Positions 9,024-18,897 of a stretch of 64,000 nt of DNA are shown in pieces. The first letter of the stretch is position 1; every line of letters starts with the position of its first letter. The DNA is from Caulobacteraceae bacterium (GTDB lineage Bacteria; Pseudomonadota; Alphaproteobacteria; Caulobacterales; Caulobacteraceae), in contig CANGCO010000007.1 in assembly GCA_947452365.1 (NCBI GenBank), positions 363 through 64,362 of the forward strand, written 5' to 3'. Under the pieces are notes generated by a model. It worked only from the letters and a program-made list of their open reading frames with translations. It searched no databases and was not told the origin of the DNA. The position numbers were made by a program, and so were the translations under genes.

Positions 9024-10769
9024 ATGCCGATGACCCTGAAGACCGCGACTCCCTGGCCCGCCATGTCGATTGCCCAGGCCCATGACCTGCTGACCGCGCC
9101 GGGACAGCCCTTCGAGATGGACGAAATGGTCATTCGCGGCGTGTCTATGCGGGTCTGGAAGAATGCGCCGCCGACCTTGCGCGATGTGCTGTTGGCAGGC
9201 CGTGCGCACGGGGCCAAGGACTTCCTCGTCTATGAGGACGAGCGCGCCACATTTGAAGATTTTTACCGCGCCAGCCTGACCTTTGCCCATGATCTGATCA
9301 AGAATGGGGTGAAAAAGGGCGATCGGGTTGCGATTGTCATGCGCAACTTTCCCGAATGGCCGGTGGCGTTTTTTGGGGCCTCGATTGCGGGCGCGATTGT
9401 CACGCCCTTGAATGCCTGGTGGACGGGGCCAGAGCTTGAATATGGCCTGACCGATTCTGGCGCCAAGATCTTGATCTTGGATGCCGAGCGGATGGAGCGC
9501 CTGCGCGAACACCTGCCCAATTGCCCTGATCTGACCCGGGTCTATGTCTCACGCGAGAGCGAAGAGATCGCCCATCCGATGATTGTCCGCATGGAAGGCG
9601 TGATCGGCGGCACCAATAGCTGGAAGACCTTGCCAGAACTGGCCATGCCAGACATTGATCTTACCCCAGAAGATGACGCGACCATCTTCTACACCTCTGG
9701 CACCACGGGCAAGCCCAAGGGCGCGCTGGGGACGCACCGCAATATCGTCTCCAATATTATGGCCTCGGCCATATCGGGCGCACGCACCTATCTGCGCCGC
9801 GGTGAAACCCCGCCTGCGCCGGATCCAGATGCGCCGCAACGCGCCACGCTCTTGTCGGTGCCCTTCTTCCACGCCACGGGCTGTTTTGCCGTTTTGTCAC
9901 CGTCCTTGTTTGCCGGGGCCAAGCTGGTCTTGATGCGCAAATGGGAGCCGGAACTGGCCATGCAGCTGATTGAGCGCGAGCGCGTCACGGGCTGCGGCGG
10001 CGTGCCCACCATTGCCTGGCAATTGATCGAGCATCCGGCCAGAGCCAATTATGACCTGTCCAGCCTAGAGAGCGTTTCCTATGGCGGTGCGCCGTCAGCC
10101 CCAGAACTGGTGCGGCGCATTGTCGAAAGCTTTCCCAAGTCCTTGCCCGGCAATGGCTGGGGTATGACCGAGACCTCGGCCACCTTTACCCACCATCAGG
10201 GCGAAGACTATGAGAACCGGCCCGATAGCTGCGGTCCAGCGGTACCGGTCTGTGATATGAAAATCCTCGATGCCGATGGTCGTGAATTGCCTGCAGGACA
10301 GGTTGGCGAGCTCTATGGCAAGGGTCCCAATGTCGCCAAGCTCTATTGGAACAAGCCTGAAGCCACGGCCCAGACCTTTATTGCTGGCTGGGTGCGCACG
10401 GGCGATCTGGCGCGGATCGATGAAGAGGGCTTTTGCTATATTATTGACCGGGCCAAGGACATGCTGATCCGCGGCGGTGAAAACATCTATTGTGTCGAGG
10501 TCGAAAACGTCCTGTACGAACATCCCGCTGTGATGGATGCCGCGCTTGTCGGCGTGCCGCATAAGCAATTGGGCGAGGAACCCGCCGCGGTTGTGACCCT
10601 AAAGCCGGGCACCAGCGCCACCGAACAGGAATTGCGCGCCTTTGTCGCTGAACGCATCGCGGCCTTTAAGGTCCCGACCAAGGTGGTGTTCTGGCCCGAA
10701 ACCCTGCCGCGAAATGCCAATGGCAAGATCTTGAAAAACGAGCTGAAAAAGGTGTTTGTTCAGGGCTGA
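9024..10769 (+). CDS. AMP-dependent acyl-CoA synthetase/ligase
   Basis: It has the AMP-binding motif IFYTSGTTGKPKG, plus TGD..R.DEEG and the conserved C-terminal NGKILK. The start was chosen at the internal ATG (9024 or 9030), because the upstream extension of the ORF looks non-coding. Confidence 0.85.
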   Translation: MPMTLKTATPWPAMSIAQAHDLLTAPGQPFEMDEMVIRGVSMRVWKNAPPTLRDVLLAGRAHGAKDFLVYEDERATFEDFYRASLTFAHDLIKNGVKKGDRVAIVMRNFPEWPVAFFGASIAGAIVTPLNAWWTGPELEYGLTDSGAKILILDAERMERLREHLPNCPDLTRVYVSRESEEIAHPMIVRMEGVIGGTNSWKTLPELAMPDIDLTPEDDATIFYTSGTTGKPKGALGTHRNIVSNIMASAISGARTYLRRGETPPAPDPDAPQRATLLSVPFFHATGCFAVLSPSLFAGAKLVLMRKWEPELAMQLIERERVTGCGGVPTIAWQLIEHPARANYDLSSLESVSYGGAPSAPELVRRIVESFPKSLPGNGWGMTETSATFTHHQGEDYENRPDSCGPAVPVCDMKILDADGRELPAGQVGELYGKGPNVAKLYWNKPEATAQTFIAGWVRTGDLARIDEEGFCYIIDRAKDMLIRGGENIYCVEVENVLYEHPAVMDAALVGVPHKQLGEEPAAVVTLKPGTSATEQELRAFVAERIAAFKVPTKVVFWPETLPRNANGKILKNELKKVFVQG

Positions 10770-12292
10770 GGCGGTTTTGTACTGAAGTTGAAATAGATGG
10801 GGTTGCTGATCATCAGCAAGCGGCCCTCGGCCGAGCGGATATTGAGCCGCACCCATTGCCGGGCCTTGCTGAGGTTCAAGGTGAAGCTTTGAACCGAGTC
10901 GGCATCGGCTATCGGTGGAAGCTTAGGGGCCTTGGCCCCAAGGCCGATAATGTCGATATGCGCCCCGACCAGATTGCGGGTTGTGATCTGGAATACGACC
11001 TTGCCGCCCTTGGGCAGGTTTAGGCCTTCGCCCAGGGTTGCCACCTGCTCATTATATCTAGCCGTCAGTTGAAGCGAATGATCGCTAGTGCCCTCTAGAT
11101 CGATGACCACGTGTCCAGAGCGCAAGGCCTTTAGGACTGCCCCCTGATTAAGGGCTGGTGCGTAAACGGCCGTGACAGGATGGCCAAGCGTGCCAGCAAC
11201 CGTTCCCATTTCATCGGCATTGTGATTGTCGCTGCCAGCAATCGCGGTTGGTCGATAGCCCAGGTCCAACAATTTTTCCCAAAAGGCCAGGCCGCTGAGC
11301 GGTGTTTCAACCGCGCCCTTGGCGGCGCGGATGGAACCGCCATTGATAACCTCAATCGCGTCTATCTGATCCCAGGGCGTTTGCGCGGTCCAGCCACAGC
11401 CCATGCATTGTTCGCCGGAGGGCACAGTGGGGTGGTTGATGGAGACGAGGCCGCCAAGCTGATGGGCTTGATCGAGGATGGTCTTGACGTCAGGTGCCCT
11501 TGGGCTGGTTAACTGAAAATCGATCGGGTCAATAACACCAAACACATTGGCATGGCCTTGAAAGGTCGTGATTTCACGGCCTGGTATCAGCAAGAGATCG
11601 TCAAAATAGGGCTGCAATTCGCGCATGGCCTGGAATTGCGAGGCGGTATTATGGTCGGTTATGGCGATAAAATCTAAGTGGTTGCGGGCAGCGGTCTCGA
11701 GGCTGCGATAAACCGGGCAGGGGGTTTTGGCCTGTTTTCGCGTCAGACAGGTCCCGTCGCTATGGGCCGTATGGGCATGAAGGTCGCCGCGATACCAGCG
11801 CGGGCCGGTGGCGAGATCCTGAGTGGCAAAGCCGTCAAACCGCGCCTCTTGTCCGTCAAACCACAGCTTGGCGGTATAGGTTGATTGGCTGGCAGGACGG
11901 ATGTTTGGAATGCCAAGCAGCAGCTTCCATTCGCCCTTGGGCAATGGGCCCGCCAAATAGGAGGGTGTGGCATCGCTGGCAGCCAGGGTGAATTCGCGCT
12001 TATTGCCGCCGCTCCAGCCGCGAAACCGGTCAGGATCATAGAGGCCAAGATCAATCGTGGTGCGCTCTTCGCGCCCGGTATAGTCAAACTCAAGGGTTAG
12101 CCGCTTGGTATTGGCCGGAAGTCGGAATGGCACTTCCTGATAGGTCTGGTGATCTGCGCCGGTCAATATGCCCGTCAGAACAAGATCGGCGGGCCGGCCT
12201 GGCGCGGTCCAGCCTGGTCGCGCGCCCAGGGTCAAAACCAGGGCGGCCATAAGCCCAAGGTAGGCGCATGATAAACGCATTATAGGTCTCAA
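10760..12292 (-). CDS. secreted PHP-domain metallohydrolase (CehA/McbA-like)
   Basis: It has a signal peptide and the PHP motifs DLHAHTAHSDG and ITDHN, with a beta-rich N-terminal domain. It converges on the acyl-CoA ligase gene with a 10-nt overlap. Confidence 0.6.
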   Translation of the reverse strand: MRPIMRLSCAYLGLMAALVLTLGARPGWTAPGRPADLVLTGILTGADHQTYQEVPFRLPANTKRLTLEFDYTGREERTTIDLGLYDPDRFRGWSGGNKREFTLAASDATPSYLAGPLPKGEWKLLLGIPNIRPASQSTYTAKLWFDGQEARFDGFATQDLATGPRWYRGDLHAHTAHSDGTCLTRKQAKTPCPVYRSLETAARNHLDFIAITDHNTASQFQAMRELQPYFDDLLLIPGREITTFQGHANVFGVIDPIDFQLTSPRAPDVKTILDQAHQLGGLVSINHPTVPSGEQCMGCGWTAQTPWDQIDAIEVINGGSIRAAKGAVETPLSGLAFWEKLLDLGYRPTAIAGSDNHNADEMGTVAGTLGHPVTAVYAPALNQGAVLKALRSGHVVIDLEGTSDHSLQLTARYNEQVATLGEGLNLPKGGKVVFQITTRNLVGAHIDIIGLGAKAPKLPPIADADSVQSFTLNLSKARQWVRLNIRSAEGRLLMISNPIYFNFSTKPPQP

Positions 12293-12344
12293 AAAGCTGG
12301 GCGGCCGGCACAGGTCCAGCCGCCCATAGGTCTGGGGGAACAGA

Positions 12345-14828
12345 CTAGAAGCGGTAGGTAATGGCGGCGCGAATGGTCCGGCCTAGGATTGGCCGCGCTA
12401 GAATGTATCGTGCACCGGCCTCGCCAGAGACAAATTGACCGGACCGCGGATTGCCCTCGGTCAAGCCAATCTCATTGGTGAGGTTTTCACCATTGGCATA
12501 GAGGGTGATCTGGTCGGTCAGATTGTAGCGTGCCGAGGCATTCAGGACGGTATAGGCGGGGAGCTTTTGGGTATTGGCATTATCGGCATAGCGGTCTGAA
12601 TAATATTCAATCTCAGCCTGGGCGCGCAGGGCACCGCTCATCAGATTAATGCCAGGCACAAGCCGTGCCCCGATTTGCGGGACCCGAACCAGTTGCTTGC
12701 CGCCAAAATCGCGAACCACGGGCTGACCACCCACAAGGTCGGAATATTTGAAGTTCTTGTATTGCGGGTCCTGCCAGGTCAGGGCCGCACCAAGATCAAA
12801 CCAAGATACCGGCCGCAATTCGCCTTCCAACTCCAAGCCAACGGTTTCGCTGCCGCCAAAGGCCGTGACCTGGCGATAGGAATTTGTCGCGGTATCAAAG
12901 ATGTTATCGGTGAAGGAGATGCCGGTGAATTTGCTGAAGAAAGCCGTGGCAAATACGTCCAATACTGGTGAGGTGTATTTTAGACCCAGCTCGGACATCT
13001 TGATCGGTTGGACGATAATATCCTTGCGCAGCGGCGAGCCGGTAAAATCGCTGCCATTGGGCAGGCGCTTGGCATCGGTATAGCGGGCAAAGGCCCCAAG
13101 GTTTGGATTGATCTGGTAATTGACGCCGATGGTCCAGTGGGTCCCGTCATATTTGCGGCTGATCGGGGTAAAGACGCCCGTCCCGGTAATGACGGAATTA
13201 TCGGCCAAGGTTCCGGCAACGCCCAAATCAACGGTCTTCTTGCCCTCGACCGAGCCTTCGAGCTTTTCGGTTTCATAACGGAAGCCAGCATCGATGCGCA
13301 GCGCCTCAGTCACCTGCCATTCATCAGAGGCATAGAGGGCTAGGGTGCGAGACTTGGCCTGGCTATTGTCGAACAGGGAGCCATAGCGCAGGAAGCCATT
13401 CTCGCTGATCTTGCCAACTATGGCGCCATTCGCATCGACTGCGACGGCGTCGAGCAGGCGGCCATTGTCGCGCACATCCACCATGGCGGTAGACATATAG
13501 CGATCAAAGATGAACTCTGTTCCGGCATAATAGGCCCCGAGCGAGACATTGTGGGTCTGGCTGCCGGCCTCGAACTTCTTGACCAGGCGCAGATCATTGA
13601 TGAACTCTTTCAGCGGTACATGCACGGAAAGGGCATTGACGCTGACGACCTGACCATTGCCATTGGCATTAGCCATATCGAATGCGCCATTGGCGGCAGT
13701 GACATACTGGAACTTAACCGCGGTCGCCGTCGGATAGGCCGCCTTGGCCGCGGTCAGATAGCCGGCGGCACGGACGGTTGCGGCTTCAATATTACCGGTC
13801 GGGAACAGGCCATTGCGTTGGGTGTCACTGTCGCGATAGCGCAGGCCATTTTGTAAGATCCAACCATTGCCGACCTCGAGGTCGAGCTTGGCCGTCCATT
13901 GACTAAGCTTGACCTCAGTCCCGCGGGTGAGATCAAAATCATAGGGGCCATTAACATTACGGAAGCTGAGGACCGAGGTTTCGGGACCGGCCAGGGTGCC
14001 ATAATTGGGATCAAAGCCGGGCACGGCGCTCTTGCTGTCATTGTTCGACAAGATGGGTACGGGCAGATAGAAGCCGACCGTATCGTCAATGCGCTTGAAA
14101 TTGACATCGAGCGCGCCCTTGTCCCAGGTCTTGACGACCCCGATGCGGACCTGGCCGCCCTTATTGGCGGTAAAGCCAGGATCCCTTACGCCATTGTCTT
14201 CACGGTAAAAGCCGCCGACATAGGCCGACAGGCCCTCAGCCACGGGCGTGCCATACCAAAAATCGGTGCGGTAATGGTCATAGTCGCCAAGCTCGAGCTT
14301 AACGATGCCTTCGGCCTTGTCGCCTGGCTTGCGGGTAATGAAATTGACGACACCGCCGGGGGCATTTGACGCAAAGATCGATGACGGCCCGCCGCGAACG
14401 GCTTCAACCCGGTTAATGGTTTCATCAAGCCGGAAGGACTGGTCGGCGTTCAAATAGCCAAGGCCTGGATCATGTTGCACCGGCAGGCCGTCCTCTTGCA
14501 GACCAACCGAGGAATAGCCATCCCGCGGAATGCCGCGGGTGCGGATATTGTTTGAGGCTTCACCGCCCGAAGATTCCACCCAAAAGCCCGGAACCGCCTT
14601 GAACACCTCGGCGACGCTGGAGGGATTAACCAGCCTTAGTTTTTCCTTGTCGATCACGGAAATCGCAAAGCTGGCATCTTGCTTGACATAGCGGCCGACA
14701 CCGGCCCGCGCAGTGACTATGATGGCATCATCGGCTGGGCTAGCGGCCGCATCGGCATAGGCCGCCGCGCCACTGATCAATAAGCAGGCCATAGAAGCAC
14801 CGCAGCACAAAAAGGATCTTTTTAGCAT
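12345..14828 (-). CDS. TonB-dependent receptor
   Basis: 827 aa with a signal peptide, a plug domain (IIVTA.., NIRTRGI), a long beta-barrel and a C-terminal aromatic residue (..ITYRF). Confidence 0.9.
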   Translation of the reverse strand: MLKRSFLCCGASMACLLISGAAAYADAAASPADDAIIVTARAGVGRYVKQDASFAISVIDKEKLRLVNPSSVAEVFKAVPGFWVESSGGEASNNIRTRGIPRDGYSSVGLQEDGLPVQHDPGLGYLNADQSFRLDETINRVEAVRGGPSSIFASNAPGGVVNFITRKPGDKAEGIVKLELGDYDHYRTDFWYGTPVAEGLSAYVGGFYREDNGVRDPGFTANKGGQVRIGVVKTWDKGALDVNFKRIDDTVGFYLPVPILSNNDSKSAVPGFDPNYGTLAGPETSVLSFRNVNGPYDFDLTRGTEVKLSQWTAKLDLEVGNGWILQNGLRYRDSDTQRNGLFPTGNIEAATVRAAGYLTAAKAAYPTATAVKFQYVTAANGAFDMANANGNGQVVSVNALSVHVPLKEFINDLRLVKKFEAGSQTHNVSLGAYYAGTEFIFDRYMSTAMVDVRDNGRLLDAVAVDANGAIVGKISENGFLRYGSLFDNSQAKSRTLALYASDEWQVTEALRIDAGFRYETEKLEGSVEGKKTVDLGVAGTLADNSVITGTGVFTPISRKYDGTHWTIGVNYQINPNLGAFARYTDAKRLPNGSDFTGSPLRKDIIVQPIKMSELGLKYTSPVLDVFATAFFSKFTGISFTDNIFDTATNSYRQVTAFGGSETVGLELEGELRPVSWFDLGAALTWQDPQYKNFKYSDLVGGQPVVRDFGGKQLVRVPQIGARLVPGINLMSGALRAQAEIEYYSDRYADNANTQKLPAYTVLNASARYNLTDQITLYANGENLTNEIGLTEGNPRSGQFVSGEAGARYILARPILGRTIRAAITYRF

Positions 14829-15068
14829 AACCGCCCCATTTGACGTCGATCATTAATCCGCACACTGCTTATTCAGAATGCAGATTTCAAATCACGAGAA
14901 GGCATTATGCATAGGTTCGAAACGCTAAAGATTTTTGACAATTATTTATAATAAATATAAAAATTATACAGAAATTATACTTATGATTATTTAAATATAC
15001 TGAAATTATCAGGCCCTGTGGCTTGCGCTTGATGCTGGGGGCAAGGCAAGCCGCAGTCCAGACGCCGA

Positions 15069-16580
15069 CTAGCCGCCAAACCAGATGGGCGGTTTGCGTG
15101 CTGCCCAGGCCTGGGCAGCTTCTAGTTCATAGGCCAGTTGGAACAGGGTCTTTTCGCTGCCTGCGCGGCCGGCAAAATGCATGCCGACGGGGATGCCGTC
15201 AGGGGTCCAGTGCAGGGGCACGCTCATGGCCGCTCCCCCGGTGACATTCATAAAAGGGGTATAACCCACATAGTGGGTCAGCCGCTCGGACAAGACCTCA
15301 AAGGGCACGCTTGGGCTGACATAGCCAAGCTCAACGGCGGGCTTGGCCAGGACTGGCGATAGCACCAGGTCCTGGGTTTTGAACCAGGCATCATAGATGG
15401 GTGCTGAAGCCTCAAGTCGGCCAATAGCGGCCTCGACCGCCCCCTTGGGCAGGGCAGCAACCATTTGGGCCATGCCAATGGTGAAGGGCTCTAGCATATC
15501 AGGCACGGCCTTCATGCCAAAGGTCTTGGCCACGGTCTGGACCTGACTAGCGGCATCGGTTGCCCAAAGTGCCATAAAGTCTTGTCCGAACTGGGCGCCG
15601 TCTACTGGCCATTGGGTTGTTTCAACCTGGTGTCCCATCGACTGCAGCAGGGCAATCGTGGCATCGAGCCCAGCCTGCACCTCGGGGTCAGGGCTTAAGC
15701 CGGTCGCGGTCTTGCTCAGCACGCCTATGCGCAGGCGCTTGCGGCTTGGGCCAGACACCATGCCGACAGCGGGGTATTGTGCGCCGGGCCCACGATACTC
15801 GGTTGCGGCAAACATGGCCGCACTGTCGCGCACAGAGCGGGTCAAGACGTGCTGGACGCCAATATCATAGGCATGGGTCTGGGTTTGTGAGCCGATCATG
15901 CGGCCGCGCGAAGGCTTGAGGCCAAACAGGCCGCAATTGGCCGATGGGATGCGGATAGAGCCACCGCCGTCGCTGGCATGGGCAAAGGGCACGATTCCCG
16001 CCGCGACAGCCGCAGCCGCGCCGCCCGAAGACCCGCCGGTTGAATGGCCAAGATTCCACGGATTGCGCGTCGCGCCAAAGGCGATCGGCTCTGTGGTTGG
16101 CAAATAGCCCTGTTCTGGTGTTGCTGACTTGCCGATCACGATCAGGCCCGTATTCGAATAGGCCTCGATCAGGGGCTCGCTTGCTGCAGCGACTGGGGCA
16201 TTCAAAAAGGCGCGCGAGCCATTGCGGGTCGGTGCGCCCTTAAAATCGTGCAAGTCCTTTATCAAAAACGGCACACCGGCGAAGGGCCCCTTGGCGGTGC
16301 TGGTCTTGGCCTGATCGATGGCTTGATCAAACAAGGAGGTGACGATGAAATTCAGCTGTGGCTGCGCCGCCTCGGCGCGGTTGATCGCGTCTGTGACCGC
16401 CTCCAGCGGGCTGATCGCCTTGCGCCGGATCAAGGCGGCCATGGCCGTGGCATCGGTGGCTAGGGGGGCGGCGGCGGGCTTGGCGAGGGCCAAGGGCGCA
16501 TTGGCCATGCCGGCGGCAGCGGCAGAAACAGCTAGGAGGCTGCGACGGCTAAAACTATTCATCTTGATGGTCATCCCCAA
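15069..16580 (-). CDS. amidase (amidase-signature family), probable Tat-exported
   Basis: It has the twin-arginine leader [14 protein letters not shown] and the AS-family signature [14 protein letters not shown]...[10 protein letters not shown]. Confidence 0.85.
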   Translation of the reverse strand: MGMTIKMNSFSRRSLLAVSAAAAGMANAPLALAKPAAAPLATDATAMAALIRRKAISPLEAVTDAINRAEAAQPQLNFIVTSLFDQAIDQAKTSTAKGPFAGVPFLIKDLHDFKGAPTRNGSRAFLNAPVAAASEPLIEAYSNTGLIVIGKSATPEQGYLPTTEPIAFGATRNPWNLGHSTGGSSGGAAAAVAAGIVPFAHASDGGGSIRIPSANCGLFGLKPSRGRMIGSQTQTHAYDIGVQHVLTRSVRDSAAMFAATEYRGPGAQYPAVGMVSGPSRKRLRIGVLSKTATGLSPDPEVQAGLDATIALLQSMGHQVETTQWPVDGAQFGQDFMALWATDAASQVQTVAKTFGMKAVPDMLEPFTIGMAQMVAALPKGAVEAAIGRLEASAPIYDAWFKTQDLVLSPVLAKPAVELGYVSPSVPFEVLSERLTHYVGYTPFMNVTGGAAMSVPLHWTPDGIPVGMHFAGRAGSEKTLFQLAYELEAAQAWAARKPPIWFGG

Positions 16581-16681
16581 GGCGCGGCCTGGTGCCGCCT
16601 ATCGCCTAGTTTTGACCGGGCTAGCGGCGGCTTTCAAGCCTTGGATTGAGGAAACTTGCCGCCATTGTTCGCAACGAAGAA

Positions 16682-16723
16682 GGGGCTCAAGGCTGGCGCA
16701 TGCAGGCGCATAGCTTGAGCCCC
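16682..16723 (-). terminator. candidate stem-loop terminator downstream of the 16785..17456 gene
   Basis: The 10-bp arms GGGGCTCAAG and CTTGAGCCCC are separated by 22 nt, and a T-rich tract follows on the minus strand. The loop is long, so this is tentative. Confidence 0.35.
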
Positions 16724-16784
16724 ATTTATCGGATGGGATCACAGTCGACATCATCTGGCCTCGGCCAGAGGCGCTTAAACCTGC

Positions 16785-17456
16785 CTAGTTGACGACCTGA
16801 TAATTGCCATAGGCGTCGGGGCAGACCCGGACAAAGCGGCTCTGAACCCGGCCATCGGGCAGATAGATGGGGCTTTCGGCCAGGGTGCAGCCATCATTCG
16901 CTGGGCGCTGCTCGATCCGGCGGTCATAGCCATAATCTTCGTCGTGGTCCCAGATGCGGTCATGATCATAGCCGTGACCGCGATGCTTAGGATAATAGGT
17001 GCGCGATTCATAAATAGTCACAGACCGGTCCGGGCCATTGCCATAGCCCGACCCATAGCTGCGGACAGGGGCTGGGCGATTGGGCGAGTCGCAGGCGGCG
17101 GAACTATTGCCCGCCGCAGCACCGACGCCAGCGCCCAATAGTCCGCCCAGGACCGCGCCCTCGGTCTTGTTATGCTTGCCGGCAATCGCCGCCCCGGTCG
17201 CTGCGCCCAAAACCGCGCCCAACAGGCCGCCGCCCGTGGTCCGCTTGACGGTCGAGCGCTGGCAAGGATCATAATAATAGCCGTTGGCGTCATAGGTTCC
17301 GCGTGGCGCAGCCTGGGCTGCGGCCTGGGCTTGAGACGCGGGCGCTTGCACATTGGGGGCGGCGGTCTGGGCCAGGCTGGGGGCAGCCATACCCGACACG
17401 GTCATGGCCACAAGGCTCGAAATCAGGCAAGTCTTGGTCAGCAGGGGCAAGGTCAT
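16785..17456 (-). CDS. secreted glycine-zipper (17-kDa-antigen-like) protein
   Basis: It has a signal peptide, then the glycine zipper GGLLGAVLGAATGAAIAG....GAVLGGLLGAGVGAAAG, and a Tyr/Asp/His-rich C-terminal region. Confidence 0.5.
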   Translation of the reverse strand: MTLPLLTKTCLISSLVAMTVSGMAAPSLAQTAAPNVQAPASQAQAAAQAAPRGTYDANGYYYDPCQRSTVKRTTGGGLLGAVLGAATGAAIAGKHNKTEGAVLGGLLGAGVGAAAGNSSAACDSPNRPAPVRSYGSGYGNGPDRSVTIYESRTYYPKHRGHGYDHDRIWDHDEDYGYDRRIEQRPANDGCTLAESPIYLPDGRVQSRFVRVCPDAYGNYQVVN

Positions 17457-17579
17457 ATTCAGGTCTCCCGATCATGCAGCGGTCATCCGCCAGTCTTGTC
17501 ACCCTAGAGGGGCCTAGCTGAACAGGTCTTGAGCGCGCCGTTCATCTTCGTTCATAAAACAAACCGCACGAAATCTCAG

Positions 17580-17786
17580 TCAGGCCTTGGCGACCACCTC
17601 GCCTTGCCCGGCAATTGCGGCATCAAAAAGGAGCGTCGCCGCCTCAAACTTGTCCCGACACCCCGGATTACAAAACCCTACGGTTTGTCCCCGATAAACT
17701 GTCAAGGAGTCTGGGGAAATCGGCTCCCCTGACCAGGGGCAGGTCGAGTTGACGGCGTCAAGAATATCGAGGCTAGGGCGGGGCAT
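17580..17786 (-). CDS. small TRASH/YHS-like cysteine-motif protein
   Basis: 68 aa with C-x22-C-x3-C spacing (CPWSG...VGFCNPGCRDKF), matching the TRASH metal-binding pattern. There is no other evidence. Confidence 0.4.
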   Translation of the reverse strand: MPRPSLDILDAVNSTCPWSGEPISPDSLTVYRGQTVGFCNPGCRDKFEAATLLFDAAIAGQGEVVAKA

Positions 17787-17908
17787 GGCCGTGAGGCTCC
17801 GGGGCGGGGGGCTTGATTGGTATTTTGGCTGATTTGTGATAGTGCTGGATCATAACAAATCCGATATTGTTCCAATAGTCTGGCCCTGACAGGTTTATCT
17901 CAGGCCCC

Positions 17909-18082
17909 TCACTTCTGCCCCTGCACATAGGCCTGCAAGGCCGCATTGATGCGGGTTTGATAGCCCTTGCGGGAGGATTTGAACCAGTCGATTAGGTCGG
18001 CGTCCAGGCGCACCGACAAAAGCTGTTCGACGGGCCGATGAAACTTGCCGGGTAAGGCGTTGGACCAGTAGACCGTACTGCC
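17909..18082 (-). pseudogene. 5'-truncated BrnA-like (CopG/RHH) antitoxin remnant
   Basis: A frame not listed in the ORF track reads ..KFHRPVEQLLSVRLDADLIDWFKSSRKGYQTRINAALQAYVQGQK*. This is the characteristic C-terminal BrnA motif (RLD.D....F.....GYQTRIN..LR.Y). The frame is closed by TAA at 18083-18085, has no ATG, and no BrnT partner is present. Confidence 0.45.
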
Positions 18083-18084
18083 TT

Positions 18085-18133
18085 ATACGCCAGTCGCGTA
18101 TTTCTACTTGCCTTTTATACGCCAATAGCGTAT
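18085..18133. promoter_or_regulatory. two copies of a palindromic operator-like site upstream of the toxin gene
   Basis: ATACGC-cagtc-GCGTAT (18085-18101) and ATACGC-caata-GCGTAT (18117-18133) start 32 bp apart. The extended repeat is TTATACGCCA-N3-GCGTATT. The second copy ends 10 nt before the ATG at 18144. Confidence 0.45.
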
Positions 18134-18143
18134 TGCCGTCTCC

Positions 18144-18476
18144 ATGGAGATCGTCCGCACATCTTCCTACTCCAATGCTCTGAAACGCCTAAGGAAGCTT
18201 GGCGCATCTTTGGATGACATTACGGTCATGGAGGATGCCATAGCCAATGCGCCCGGGGCGGGGGTGGTTATTCGTGGAACCAAGGGTCTGAGGAAGATTC
18301 GGTTCGCGTTCGGCCATAGGGGCAAGACCGGCGGCGGCAGGACGATTTATTACGTGATGGCTAATGATGAGCTGATCTATTTGCTGGCGGCCTATGCCAA
18401 GGCAGACAAGTCGGACCTAACGACCCAAGAAAAAGCCTTGTTTAGCGCATTGATTGAGGACCTGACCCATGACTGA
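18144..18476 (+). CDS. RelE/ParE-superfamily toxin (HigB-2/PF06296-like)
   Basis: 110 aa with the pattern ..GLRKIRFAFGHRGKTGGGRTIYYV....IYLLAAYAKADKSDLT..E typical of this toxin family. The toxin-first gene order is as in hig-type modules. Confidence 0.7.
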   Translation: MEIVRTSSYSNALKRLRKLGASLDDITVMEDAIANAPGAGVVIRGTKGLRKIRFAFGHRGKTGGGRTIYYVMANDELIYLLAAYAKADKSDLTTQEKALFSALIEDLTHD

Positions 18477-18774
18477 CCGCACAGAGCTTGGCTTGCAGAT
18501 CGAACAGGGACTGCGCGACGCCATTGCCCATCGCAGGGGTGAGATCGCGCTTGAAAGCCGCCATGTTCAGGCCATGTCCGCCGAACGTGTGCGGGAAATC
18601 CGGCGATCCTTGGCGAAAACGACCCGCGAATTTGAGCGGCGCTTTGGCATTCCGGCGCGCACGATCGAGGGCTGGGAACAGGGTCGCAGAATTGATGTGG
18701 CGCACAGGGTTCTGCTCACCATCATTGCAAGGTCCCCGGATATGGTTGAGGCGGCGCTGGCCAAAACAGATTAG
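18469..18774 (+). CDS. XRE-type HTH antitoxin (HigA-2/NadS-like)
   Basis: The ATG overlaps the toxin stop (ATGA). It has the motif REIRRSL..T..EF...FGIPARTIEGWEQGRR......LL.II...P. Confidence 0.7.
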   Translation: MTDRTELGLQIEQGLRDAIAHRRGEIALESRHVQAMSAERVREIRRSLAKTTREFERRFGIPARTIEGWEQGRRIDVAHRVLLTIIARSPDMVEAALAKTD

Positions 18775-18897
18775 ACGCCGCACCCCCCATCCCACCACCC
18801 CTCGCATCAGGGGGCTAAATAGGGCATAGGCATCGCTAACACCGATCCCTGCCGGGCCGAGGCCCAGATTGACGAAGACGCCGTGACCCGATCGCCC

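Noticed and set aside
14940-15010. Fur box upstream of the TonB-dependent receptor
   Set aside because: The AT-rich stretch contains fragments such as AATAATCATAAG. However, there is no convincing 19-bp GATAATGATAATCATTATC-like palindrome on either strand.
17895-18125. 76-aa ORF from the track on the minus strand
   Set aside because: A different frame of the same stretch gives a clear BrnA-type antitoxin C-terminus. The listed frame has no recognisable features and runs across the operator palindromes.
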